Source: Lingula anatina
Lineage: Eukaryota > Animalia > Brachiopoda
Reading direction: 5' to 3'
NCBI GenBank assembly: GCA_051362555.1
Contig: CM120641.1
Span: 3,658,001 to 3,722,000 of the forward strand
Length of the DNA: 64,000 nucleotides
The notes under the pieces were generated by a model. The model was not told the DNA's origin. It saw only the letters and a program-made list of their open reading frames with translations, and made no database searches. This document shows positions 13,116-26,577 of the stretch, in pieces. Both the position numbers and the translations under genes were made by a program. The stretch's first letter is position 1. Each line of letters begins with the position of its first letter.

Positions 13116-14045
13116 AGCCTCTTTTACAGAGACAAAGAAATGCAAATTAAATAAATGTATGGTGTGCATGATACTATGTCTCACCTGTTGGGGTACTCAT
13201 TGCCCTTGTCGTCACAGACAACGTGCTCCTTCAAGAGAGAGCAGTCCACTGTTTCTGCCTGCTTGCACTCCTCGTCCACGCGGCTGCTGGGGCGGTCACG
13301 GGTGACCATGCGGCACTTCTTGGGGGTCAGCTCAGGGTCGGCGCAGCGGGCTTTTTCGAACTCGCATCTGTAAAGGGATACTGATTGCTGTTTTCATTCG
13401 TTATATGAAGCATTTTGGATCACTTAATCTTATGTCTTGTGTGCGTTCATAACGGACGTTAGTCAATCAAGAATTAAAGACAGTGGTGATGGAAGTTGCG
13501 CTACATTTCTGCCATGGAAAAAATTAATGAATTTTGGACTTGTAATTTACAAGAAGACACACAGTAACTTGGATAATTGTGATGAATTAAAAAATTAAAA
13601 ATAAACAGCGGATTGTTAGACAGATATATCAGTTGATGGATTGATGAATTAATAAAAAGTGATAGCCATCTCACGCACCTGTTGGAGTACTTATTGCCCT
13701 TGCTGTCACAGTAGGTTCCCTTGTGGTTCCAGCGTGCGATAACAGAGCAGTCCATGTCCTTGACCTCCTCGCACTTGTCGTCTGGCTTTTCCGGCTCACC
13801 AGAACCTGCCAAGGTCTCGACATCGGGCTTCATTTTGTCAGGGCGGTCGCAACGCGTCAGCTTCAGATCTGGGTTGTCGCAGTGCGCCTTGAAGAACTCG
13901 CACCTGAACAAAAAAAGAGAAAATCATGTTTCAATCTTTAAAAACCTAGCTCAGCTCACACTTGTGAAGTTCCGACCTCGTGAGAGCGTTGAATTATGCA
14001 TATGCATCTGATGGGTGTTACATCTATCTGTGAGGCCAATGGCTG

Positions 14046-14087
<42 letters not shown>

Positions 14088-14541
14088 TATCCAGCCAATT
14101 TGCATTTGTGAACTTTTGGGTTAAGAAAAAAATGTACGTTATTTTTAATGAATCATACTAGGCTGAATAAAAAACAAAATAATTACCAGACTTATATTTC
14201 TGATAAATTTAACCCTGGCAAGGACGTACATGATTCTTTGCCAAAGGGGAGTAACGTGCAGTCTGCTGGAGAGGATGCTTTGCCTAAACATTTTAAAATC
14301 GCTGGCTGATGACCACAAAACGGTAAAAAGTCTTACCTGTTGGCGTAGGTGTTCCCTTGGACGTCACACAACTTCCTGACGTGGTTCCACGGCGCCATGA
14401 CTTGGGCGCAGTCCAGGGCTTTTAGTTGCTTGCATTTGTCATCGTCCTTATCATCCCCAGAACTCTGAGGCTCGATGCGCCAATTGGGGTCGGCGGCGAC
14501 AGCTAAAAGAATGGGAAAATTGACCAAACAAATTTAAAATG

Positions 14542-14574
<33 letters not shown>

Positions 14575-14893
14575 GCTTTAAAAATGAACAAGTGAGATAC
14601 TCTATTGGATACAGGGAACTGCCTTTTTTCCATCACAAGGAGACTTTTTGCATGACAAGCGACATAACAACAGCAGACATTTTATGTTCATGCGTGTGTA
14701 CGTGAGGGAGGCTGCCATGACGAAAAAAGGCAACTAATCCAATTTGTTGAAACTAAATAGAACGTAACGTATAACCTGCTTTGATTAATTTTCCCAAAAG
14801 CTCACATCAATTCTGCATCGAAAAAAAGGTAAGATACTGGCCTAATTTAAGCAACTTACCGACAGCAAAAAGGCAGATGGCCAAGATCTTCAT
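12564..14893 (-). CDS. Secreted protein with three atypical Kazal-like domains, copy A (repeat tail deleted)
   Basis: Exons 14893-14860 (signal peptide MKILAICLFAV), 14502-14337, 13903-13679, 13367-13185 and 12744-12564, all GT-AG and frame-compatible. Three six-Cys domains with C-D-x2-G-N-x-Y-x-N-R-C-x6-C. The protein ends ...PDHAQAVYFGSR*. Confidence 0.8.
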
Positions 14894-14920
14894 TGTTGTA
14901 ACTTGTATCCCACTGTCAAC

Positions 14921-14956
14921 GACTGAGGAAGCCTGTATTCTGGAGCAGTATTTATA
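14921..14956 (-). promoter_or_regulatory. TATA box and Inr of Kazal-like gene copy A
   Basis: TATAAATA (minus, 14956-14949) lies about 30 bp upstream of an Inr-like TCAGT (~14924). The arrangement is conserved in copy B. Confidence 0.65.
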
Positions 14957-17382
14957 CACAGAGGAATGGATACCTGAACAGGTGCGCTGCCAAATCAACA
15001 GGATGTCGATCTTATATGGGGAGTAGGCGCAGGTCTCGGGGTCTGTGATTAAACACTGAAGCGTTTGGCGATATTCTCATGGTCTGATGTACGTGTGTAA
15101 GTTGTGCAATGATGTGCTCGTGTTTTTATTATGTATGCTTTAAAAATATCAACTTTTTGCATAGGAAACCACTCCAATATCCTATCCCATTGAAAGATTT
15201 ATGCCAAATAGCATATTTATTATGATTTTTTTTTTTTATTTTTGCGTAAAACCACATGCACTAAAAATATACTAGATTTTCGCTTTTATTTTTTCAGTCG
15301 AATGAATGTTTGAAATTCGAAAACATCCAACCAGACACAACTTTAAAAAAAAAGAAAAAAACTTATCACTTCCAAAAACCAAACAACGGGTATAAAAAAT
15401 TGCGACTTTGTGCAAATATTAATTGTGAGATTTACTTATGGGATGATAATGCCAAAAAAGAAGTAAAATGTAGTAGAAGAGAGAATATCTCAGTTTTATC
15501 TTTGAAAAATATATGAAAAATATCGTAGACATTGTTCAAGATCTTGTTTATTAGTTTACTTGAAATGGGCATGCCACCTGTTATTTATCTGGAAAAAACT
15601 AGGACCATGACGAAATAAACAAAGATAAAGTCGTAAGAATCGTCATCTGGGAAGAACATGTAGGCGTCCGAAAATAAGGATCAAAGTAAAGCAACAGCCG
15701 GCACAGAGTTAACTAAAAGTTTAGTAAGTAGAAGCTATAAAAGTCATTATGTCTAAAATTTGGCGGTCTACAAAGAAATAATGAAGTGAAAGATAAATTC
15801 GCGAATTCTACATTTTATAAAATCCTTAGTGAAAGACAGTGTAGCTTTGTGTAAATCACGGAAAAATTTTAATTCATGCTATGCTGGTATGGGGCAAATT
15901 TCTTATTTAGTGACGTAGGTTCCAGCTGTTTAGTAACAAAAGTTTAAAAAATAACTGCTTTGGGTAAAATGTGCACGTTATCAATAATAAAAATTACACT
16001 GCGCTGAAGGGGTATTACCAGATGCACGTTTATTTTATTACACATTATTCCTCAACCACAAGTTTATATTTACAATGCCTGGCAACGATTTTTTTTTTTT
16101 TTTATTTATTTTTTTGCAAATAACTTTCTAAGAGAATGCAATTTTAGCGCGTTATGTGTAAAACATTTAAGTGTGCCCTGTCACCATATCGTCAAGCTAA
16201 TCATGGATGTAAATGAAGTGAAGATCTTTCTGATGGCTAAAATATTACAAAAACATCAAACAACTAAAACTGATGATCTGGGCCAAAAGACACAACGAGT
16301 TTTTTTTTTTATTTTCACAATCTTTTCCTTTACAGTATCTACCAACTTCACATGCACATCAAAATCACGTAGAATATCACGGGCAGTTTATGAACAGATT
16401 ATTATGTGTATTAAAAAGCACGCGTAGAATTTAGACGAGTTAATTTAGCTGAGTGGTAGTGGAAAGAGGAGGGGGGGGAGCTGTTGGTCATTGTTGGTTG
16501 ACTGATAGCATAGAGATTGACACCTCACTCAATTTAAAATATTTTTTAAAAATTCCATCTAATATCAACATCAAACATCAAATATCCCATGTACGAGGTA
16601 GTGCCTTTCGACAAAAATGTGTCGTTCAAAACCCAAAAATAATAAATAGTTACAAAACGTATGCCGAAGCCAACTGCTTCATAGTTTCTAGTATGATATT
16701 TACGTTATGTTTTCAAGAATACCATAGATAAAACACATTTTTACGCATGTTTATATAAAAACACCTCGTATTTTATAATGCAATTTTCTGTCAAAAAAAA
16801 TCGGAATAAGGCAGATGCACGCACGGTAAAAATCTACAATGTTACCGGTACGACTCAATGTTAAGACATTAGAGTAGTTAATCAACTAGGAGATCCACAA
16901 ATATTACAGCCAGTGGCGGCTGTGCTCTAGTTCAGAAATTACAAAATAAATAAATAAATAAAAAAGAGAGCCTGCTATTTGTGCAACTTCTCGGCCCGTC
17001 AATAGAGTTTTAACTTTAAAATTACGAACACTGTATGATAGACTTAATCCAGATTGTTGCAGCCTCTATCCAAAAGAGAAGTGTATTTTAAGAACATCCT
17101 ATAATCACATAAAACAATTTGAATGAAGTATAAATGTCTGGATCTGAAGAAAAGATTACACTTTAGACCGCAGCGCTAATTTGACCTACAAATTTTATTC
17201 CCAATTATTTTAGTAAAAAGACCGCCCCTACCTTATTTTTCAAAATTCAATGTGTATTTTATTGCAATAGAGCAATATTAAAATATGTAAACATCTCGCA
17301 CTGAAATTAACCGATTAAAAATCTGTATCTGCGTTCCAGCGCTGTATACCCTATCTACTTTTACAATATAAAAATCTATCAC

Positions 17383-20300
17383 TTATTTTCTTATACTGGC
17401 ACTTTCACAAGAAACTTTTTTCTTGTTAATTTGAACATTTAAAAAGTTAACGGTCCCATTTTTCAGACCGACGCAAAGTTTGCGTCCAATCACAAGCAAA
17501 CAGATGACTATGTGTTCAAAATAAAATTGGCATAGTGAATGAGATTCTTTAATGTTGTGTTTTGGCACTAACCATAAAATTATAGATTTATCGTAGGACC
17601 CTGTGATAATATGATTGTCGCCATATGGCACTATAGCCGTCACAGCACGGGTATGAGCATATGCGTATTGCTTACTTTGTGTTTGTTCTCCTAAAAGGTT
17701 CATGGAATCCCCACTGTTAATGTCTGCTATATTAATTGTACATTTTGGCCCCTCTGTGAAGACACGCGAGCCTGAACACGAACGCGGTCGACTCCACGCG
17801 GTGTTGTACGTCAGCATCTGCTTTGACGGTATATCCGTTGTCAAGTCGATCATCTGAGCAAAAATGTCTTTGTGGCAACACATGACGAACTTGCCGTCTG
17901 ACGACACTGATATGCATCGCATGCCGTAATGTTGCTGTGTGGAAATTACCCTGACTAAATTCCCATTCACAGTTTCGTGAACACCAATTTTGTTGTCTGA
18001 TGACGCCGTAAGAAATAATGTTTGATCCGGAGTACAGCACAAGTGCTCTACACCGAATGGGGCGTGACAGGCATTGGCACGTATTCTAGGCTTCAGTGCC
18101 TTTCCATTGTCTTTCAAGTTCCAAATACAAACTCGACCATCACTAGACCCGGTCAATAAGGTTCCATTTTGAAGAGCTAAGATACTCTTTGTGGCACTGG
18201 GGGCACTTAATTTCAAGACCAGGGCTTTAGATGTCAAGTCCCAAAGCTGAACTAAATTGTCGCCATGCATCACAAATGCAATGAGATTCTCTGATACCGC
18301 TTTCACGCGGTCTATATGAAATGCGCCGATGTGCCATCTTGTGCGTGTCCACTGTAAACAATATGGAAACGCTTCTCCATCTTTACCTTGTGCGTATTCT
18401 ACGAAATCGCCCTCTGACGTTAACACCAACACAGATGTGGCATTTGGCAGCAATTCTATACATTTCACTTCACCGGTAACACTTGGCAAAGTCGATAATG
18501 TTTTCCCGTGTCTCGTCACTATGGTAACACTGCCATTGTCACTTCCGCACACCAGGTGTTCTTGATCCTCTGAGATCGCGAGAGCAGTGGCGATTTCAAC
18601 CTTTGGAAGGCCAGAATTTATTTTGGAATTTCTTTCGATTTCCAGTATGAGGGTTCTCAAACGGCTGTCCTCGTCAAAACCTATAATGATTTGTTTAAAC
18701 TTTGGAAGGGGTACTACTGGGAAGGGCGGCATGTTTTTGATTTTGACAGTCACTATCTCATGCTGTTGTTGCTCCTGGCAATCCCTTTCATATGACAAAG
18801 TTGTAATTGCGTCGTCACATAACGCCGATATGGAGCATTCTGGCGTCACTCGCAAATGTCTTACTCCGAATTGTGATGTTCTTATCACACGCAAAATGGC
18901 TGTTTGTGTTGGCCTTTGAATATCCCACACATAAATGTCCCCGTTACAGAGTCCAACGATAAGGGGGTGGCCTTCTAAAGCCGCTAAAGTTCCGATAGCA
19001 GCTGGATGCACATATGAGAACGCTGCGTTTTGGCTTTCGTCCTCCAAGTTCCAAATGTGCAAGGTTCCAGTTTGGGATCCAGTGAAACAGCGGTTTCCAT
19101 GACTTGAAACAGTTGTTATTCTGTCCCCATCGTCATGCCTCCCTATAACTTTGACGGCTGTTCCATTTGATGAATCCCATAATATCACCTGCCTGTCCCA
19201 GGAAACAGAAATGGCATATCTTTCATTAGATGCTGACGTCATTGCCGACACCGGTCCCTCGTGGTTTGGCATGTGACTTTGTGTCGAAGAATTATCTAGA
19301 CTGGAAAGAGAAAAGCACGACTGTTTTACTGATTGGTCGACCGATGCCGTGTAAATAGTCATCGTGTTCTCTTGGAAGGCACATTGGATCCCCCGTACTG
19401 CAGCAGAATGGATCTGAGCCTGAAATACCAGTGAATGGTCGTCGTTCACGTCCCAAAATTTGACCCATCCATCATCTCCACCGGACAACAATAAGGAGTG
19501 CGATTCGTAACGTGCAAGACACAAAGCAAATGTACCGCCCTCGTGCCCTTTCAAGATTCGCCGTACTTCCAACGAAGGGAAATTTAAAACACCGATTCCC
19601 GTCTTCCCGCCAACATAAAGCTGACGTTGATATCTGCTGAAAAATAAAGTATAAAGAACTCCCAACTTTGGATTACAAGATGTAACTGGGCACTCCGGTC
19701 TGTTTTTTCGCCACAAGTAGACAGTTTTATCATAAGAGCAAGAAGCAAAAAATGTCTCCTTTTCAGATAAATTGGTAAAACATGCGCATGCGACTACATC
19801 GGTGTGGGCAGCATACGTGAACTGAACACTCCCGTCATTTAAATACCACAATTTTATAGTTTTATCTCCGGAGACTGTGAGTCCCGATTCGCCATCCGCC
19901 GATAATACTAACGAGAATATCTGCCTGTTGTGAATATTGGAGAACGTTTCACGGAGGCATTTCCCCTTTAAATCCCATAGCTTGACAACACTGTCACAAG
20001 CGGCTGTCACGACGAGGGTTTCGCTACTGTTGACACCAAAACAAGTAACCAAATCATTGTGCTTTGTGAGATCTGATCCGAGGCAAGTCTCTCCTCCTGT
20101 TATTGGATCGATGAGCCGTACAAATCCGTCCCCAGATGTCGTAACGATCGATGAATCCTTTAACACTCCTAACCCTAAAACAGCTGTGCCATTGTGTGCG
20201 CTGTACGTTTTAACAACATGCCCATAGGGTGTGGAAATACACGCACGGTCAGGTAAAAAACATGAATCGGCATCCTCAAAAAGTTGGTTTCTAACATCTT

Positions 20301-23070
20301 TAAGAAAATCAGAAATCCCAATTATTTCTAAATTACTAAGGGAGCCCAGGAACACGGGGCCTAGTTGCTTCTTATCGCGGATGATGGCTGGAGCGTGGAG
20401 AAGTAAAGCTTTGTTGATGGCATCATGCAAGGGGCTGAATTGAGGACGTTCGAAGTCAGAAAGTATTTCTGACAAAGATGTTTTATTCAATTTGGCTTGA
20501 AGCCAGCGGAATGAACACAGGAGTCCTATGTAAAATGACTCGAACTCTTCTCCCATAGCTGTGCAGTGATGAATGAAATTGGTGTACACATATTTGTCAC
20601 CTGAAAAATCCAGGTTCCACCAAGGATAACTCAGTACAATAGCTTGGTCATTCTCATAGCAGCTACTGCAACCCAATTGATCTTTGCCACTGTTTGTGTT
20701 TGATCCGCTAATCGTGGGACGATCTTTGCAGGGACTGTGCCTCTGAACTGAACGCTCCAAATCATCCTGGAACCCTGAATCCGAGCGGTCTTTCTCAGCC
20801 GAGCACCCTGCTGCCGGTTCTTCCAGCCGTAACTTTTCAATGTGCTGCAACCCGATTGTGCCTTCTGCAGCTGCGACGTATGCCGCCAGGAGGGCCGTGT
20901 GCATCCGACGGATCCCATCCGGTCCCCACAAAGTCTCAGTCTTATTCTGAATGTACTGCAGTACCAGGTCGTGTATTCGGAAATAACAGTCTCCATCTTC
21001 ATCTTCAAGCTTAAATCTGAGCAGAGATTTATCTGCCAGTGTGAACAGACATTCACGGACATGTCTTGCAACTTTATCTTGCTTTTCAGCGTTGGATTTA
21101 TCTTGCATGTAGCTGCATAGGATAGCTAATGTTGACGATTGAATTAAGGCATCTTTTTTGAACAACGACACCTTAAGAAGTATTTCTTGCAGCATGCTGT
21201 ACGGCTTGTTTGTATCGCCGGCGTCTCGCAAACAGGCAAAAGTTGCCTCAAAGGCGCCTACAAAAGTTTCAGGATAACTGTCTATCGGCAGACGTCTGGA
21301 TTCCATCCACAATTTGTCTTTCTCTTTCAAGGATGCTGCCATGTCCCTCCACCTCTGAGAAGAAAATGGCTGCGAAACCGACGTGGCACCTTGCCTGAGC
21401 GACGAGGCAACTAAAGCAATCGCCAGAGGATATCCTCCTAGATAACTGTGTATGGCGTTGGCTTCCTTTGTTATTTTGTGGTCATTTAAGAGCTTTTCTG
21501 TCACATTTGCACATTTGAGGAACAACTGCCAAGCATTTTCAACATCTAAATGATCAAGAGTATATATTCGAACGTTAAGCATGTTGATAACAGCTCGGTC
21601 GCGAGTTGTTATAAGCAGCAAACAGTCTTTAGAAATTGCAGTAAAAACGCTGGCATCATCTGGATTCCAAACGTCGTCTAGCACAAATAATATTTTCTCG
21701 TGCATCGTGAACTGTATTAACCAACTTCGGGCAGAAATACGATCGGCAAAATCTTCCTGGGATTCACTACCTTGTAGGTGCCGTCTTACACTACTGATGA
21801 TTTTCACAACGTCCGGTGCTTTGCCGCAATGAATCCAATAAATATGTAGAAACATCCTTCTGTAAATGTATCTGCAGATGAGTGTCGCCAGCGAAGTCTT
21901 CCCAATGCCGGGAGCACCCGAAATACCAAACATATTACTGCCCTCCTCGGGGACTTGGCCCATGAAGGATTCGGCAATGAAGACGACATCGTCTGTTCTT
22001 CCCAATAAGTTGTGAGGGTTGTGGACCTGGATACCGTGAACGAGTGGTTCTGAAAGAGATAAGATTAAAATGCCGCTGAAATGTGCACCCTAAGACCCCA
22101 TGCAAAGAGAAGGTGGCTTGTCTTCACGTCCCACGTATTCCAATTTATCAAAAAAAGTTTGCGGCATAATGTAGTGTATTGCAGTTAAGATCAACATTTC
22201 CAAGGCAACCTAAATAGCCAGATTAAAACTAAAAGTAATATAACTCTGTGCTCCTTTAAATCGATATGTAAAAAATTTACTTACTTGTACCCCATTCTAG
22301 TTCTGAAACAAAATGAAAATAACATTTTATTTATACAATATTTACAACTGTTTATCTATGGACAGCCCACACCTGATACTGATGGGGACAACTCTCTACC
22401 CAACATACACCATAATATCAGAAATTTGTTTCAAAAAGATCCTTAAATATAGTGTGAGGCAGCGGCTAAGATTAACTATATTTCCAGGCATAAATTTAGC
22501 TTGTATGCATTTGTATGACTTTCTTAAATTATAATATCTGTAACTTAAATGGAATGCTCTGTAAGCTCTATTACATAAACCAACCTTTGCTGAGTTGCTT
22601 TGATAGCTTCTTCAAAAATTCTGGATCGTCATGGTGTATTACATCTCTTTTGTGTGTATATTTATAAGGTACGATCGTGTCTTGCAGCAATACAACAACA
22701 ACAGATCCACGGCGAGGTCGTTCGGTATCATTTTCCAGAGAGAGTGCTAAGTTTGCCGCGTACAAACATGAAGGATCGCTCAAAAAATCTGAAGTTATCA
22801 CTAAAACAGTTTTGTCGCAATTTCGTATGAAATCGATCAATTCGTCTATTATAATAGCGCCAGGTGGAATGTTAGTTTCATCCAAGAAATGAAATTCTTC
22901 ATTGGACTGCGTTTTCAAACTGTCCACCAGTGCCGCCCTCCAATGTTTCGCTCTTGGGTTTAGTTCGATGCCCACAAGGAACACTTTTTGGGGCATATCA
23001 TCATAGGAATGCGTGAAGATTATACGAGTGCCTGTACCTTTGTTGAGCAATTGCCTTCCAGACGCAAGCC
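17383..23070 (-). CDS. Intact TIR-NB-ARC-WD40 (Apaf-1-like STAND) protein, ~1698 aa if started at ATG 22996
   Basis: Exons 23070-22585 (TIR: KVFLV...NIPPG...IRNCDKTVLVITSDFL), 22302-22285 and 22049-17383. NB-ARC motifs: Walker A GAPGIGKT, Walker B LFVLDDVW, sensor-1 LLITTRD, GYPLAI, MHD-like IHD. An Apaf-1-like helical domain (FIHH...LLCSFRWLQAKL) precedes about 21 WD40 repeats. The true start codon is uncertain. Confidence 0.9.
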
Positions 23071-24743
23071 CTATAATATAAGAAGTGTTAAAAAGGTGTA
23101 CTAATTCATAGGTAACTAAAAGCAAGGGTTAAGTTGTTTACCTTTCACAAGTTAAATGTTTTTAAGTCCCAGCCCAATAAATCTACAACGTTAATTTTAG
23201 TTGGAAGAGCGGGAATGATTAGAAGGTTCACGTTTAAAAGGCCATCCTCTTACACCAATTTGATGGCCCTACTACATGTAGTAGCATTATTTAAGTGATT
23301 CCGCCGGCCTTAGTAAATGCAACATGTAGGTTGCAGCAGACAGTGGACTCGCCTTGCCTGGAATTCCTCTCCCCTTTATTTCATTAATTACACTGGTTGT
23401 AGGATCAATACAGGCGCTTGTTTGACTAGTCTCTTTTCAACCTACGGATTATTTTATCTCACTCATGATATGAGCATTATATTATGTCAGTGAAATACGT
23501 ATATGGTGTTCTTTGGCCATACAGAATATATACCAAACCTTAAATTCCTTTTGGATGGGAACCCCATCTCCATGTGCGTTCCACAAGAGTAGACCATGTT
23601 AAAGGCTTGAAAAAAGCCAAAACTAACACTCAGAAACGCAGGGTACCAATCTGCTCTCTAGACATTTGTGATTCATTGCGTTGTATGATATCATCCCCTT
23701 AATTAAGTCTTAAGCAGGGGGCTTGATAAGACAAACTACAGGAAGCAAACCTTTGTTAATCAATTACCTGTTTTATTTTCAAGAGTTTTAACTCGTTATT
23801 TAAAAATAGTTAACTCAGTAAATATTGACCGAGAACACATTTCCTCAGCCTGACCCTTTCAACCAAACAACTTTCTGGATTTCAAGGGACAATAACGCTT
23901 TATATCGGAGGGAAGGATGCCATAATACGGATTTCATGTGTCCCACACTTGCCTATGGTTAATGAATCCGTTCCGACATTCAGAGTAAGGTGATGTTTTT
24001 TTTTCTTAAGTGTGTTTTTGTAATAATCTCTGAAGAGATTATTACGGAGGTTAAAGTCATCTATGAACGTCCACGTGCTCTGATGGCATGGACAGATGTC
24101 AGAATGATTGCGAAAACCGCCGTTTTGGTGGTACATGTAAAATGGTATTGCTTATATGTGTTGTTTACAATGTATTTATTGAAAAATTTTGAAACTCATA
24201 TGAAGAATTGTTATCCCTTTAAATTAAAAACGGATTACTTAAAAGTAAAATCATTCTGGTTTTAGATTAAAACGCACGTCATCTCTTAGATAACGTTTTA
24301 ATATTCTGAATTAATTCTTGCTGTGTGGTATGGCTATCTTATCAAAGGTAAATATACATGAACAATATATACAACAATAACGCGGCGATACATTCTAAAT
24401 GTATTCATACCACCGCACTTTGTGGGGCACTTAGTAGTCCCAATATATAAATATCCTCACACAGTAAAGTAGCAATGGAACCCACATCAGTTTCACTGAA
24501 ATTTGTCAGCTTTATAAGTGTGATCGCAGTATTCTCTATATTTGATCTATAGTTTATGTTTGATGATGCGTTGACAGTATATTGTTGCTCATTCATTCAT
24601 TATGACACAGGAAACCACTGGAAGGGTAAAGGTCGTGGCAAACCAGCTTAAGAACAACAGTCGCGACATTCACATAGAGCACACGAGAACGGGAAAGGCC
24701 GTGCAGATTAAACAGTGGCCCACAGCGTGTCAACAATGTATTA

Positions 24744-25068
24744 CTGTTAATAATATAATCGAAAAGCAAGGGGATAGGATCAAGGGCGGTTTTAGCCCGT
24801 CTTCTGGGTCTTCTGGGTTTCCAAGTTTAAGGAATCACGAGGATTATGACTTAAAATGAAAAAAATCCCCCAAACACATCCGAGCATAAAATCAGTTAGA
24901 GTCCTCAAAGTCGATGCAAAGTGGTCTTTATCTACTTGTAAATTCACCGTATATTCCACCAGTAAATTCAGCTTTGAATCTTTACCAATTAATTTATTTC
25001 TATAATGTAGTGACAAGCATAGGAGTAGTGAACGAGACAGCTGAAAATATCAGGAGTCCATGATCTAG

Positions 25069-25118
<50 letters not shown>

Positions 25119-25403
25119 CGTGCCAATCTTTTCGATAAAAAAAACACACAACATCCCCCAGTATTGACTTACTTGGTAGTAGCTTGTTCAATGACTGCAA
25201 AGCGGTGTGTTGATCATGTGCTCTTTGCGATAGTGAAATTGGATGACTGCTGCTTGGAAATTCCCAATGACGTCATCGTGCCTTACATATGTTACTTTAG
25301 TCGAATTTTGCACTGTTGTGAATCAAGTAATGATCTAGGTCATTAATCAAAATAAGACTTGTTAATAATTAGTTTATATATTTCGTAAATCGCATATTTT
25401 AAT

Positions 25404-25467
<64 letters not shown>

Positions 25468-26532
25468 GAGAGAGATAAAAACAATTTCTCAGCTTTATGG
25501 GGGCTTTATTTTTGTCAAATGTTATCTCTTGTGCAGGAATTGCACCCCGAGTTTCAAGTGCCACTGGAAACTTTCCACGCCTACCTGAATACGACAGTCA
25601 TTTTCAGTATCTGGGTTTAAAAATATCCCAATATACGGGCTACCTCCCCCCCCTTTCCATTTAAAAAAAATCACACCAACGTCTCCTCTTCAAATCAGAA
25701 TTTTGACCAGCTGAAAGCTGAATCATGGTTCCAAACCGTATCAAATGGCACCGTTCGCCCTCTTAAATATCAAAAATTTCCGGGGCCCTTCAGCCGGCAC
25801 CAAACCCCACGCCAAGGGGGGGGAGGGGGAGGGGGGGGCTGTCATTCCTAAAAACCGAATCCCCTTAAAATAATCCTGGATCCGTCCCTGCTACTGGAAA
25901 GGGCAGAAGGATGCTGATTTTAGGGGGAGTTTTCAGACCATCCAGAGAGCTCTAAAGCTGGTGAAAACCCCATTTGTTTACTTCAAATCTTCCAGGATAT
26001 ACTGACGGCTAGCGACAATCTCCCGCCATGCCTTCACAAATCAGCTAGGTAGGCATTGGAGGGGGGTAAAAAATAGGGATAGTATATATGGGGGGGGGGG
26101 ATTCATTCTCCAACTATCCTGAACATTTCCTGAATATTACATATGGTGGAAAAATCCATTTTTGGACAGGTAAGGTGGCGCATTCAAATTTTATTTGCTG
26201 TTAATAATATAATCGAAAAGCAAGGGGATAGGATCAAGGGCGGTTTTAGCCCGTCTTCTGGGTCTTCCGGGTTTCCAAGTTTAAGGAATCACGAGGATTA
26301 TGATTTTAAATGAATAAAAAAATCCCCCAAACACATCCGCGCATAAAATCAGTTAGATCCCTCAAAGTCGATGCAAAGTGGTCTTTATCTACTTGTAAAT
26401 TCACCGTATATTCCACCAATAAATTCAGCTTTGAATCTTTACCAATTAATTTATTTCTATAATGTACTGACACGCATAAGAGTAGTGAACGAGACAGCTG
26501 AAAATATCAGGAGTCCATGATCTAGAAGTGTA

Positions 26533-26577
<45 letters not shown>

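Larger units (their letters stand above)
1676..16533. repeat. Tandem segmental duplication, copy A (lectin last intron/exon, STAND gene, Kazal gene)
   Basis: tacgaggtagtgcctttcg begins at both 1676 and 16592. gagattgacacctcactcaatt ends the shared block at ~16533 and ~35318. The offset across the STAND gene is a constant 14368 bp. Confidence 0.9.

Noticed and set aside
17383-22005. Assigning the symbol APAF1 to the STAND gene
   Set aside because: It has no CARD, a TIR N-terminus and more WD40 repeats; orthology is untested.
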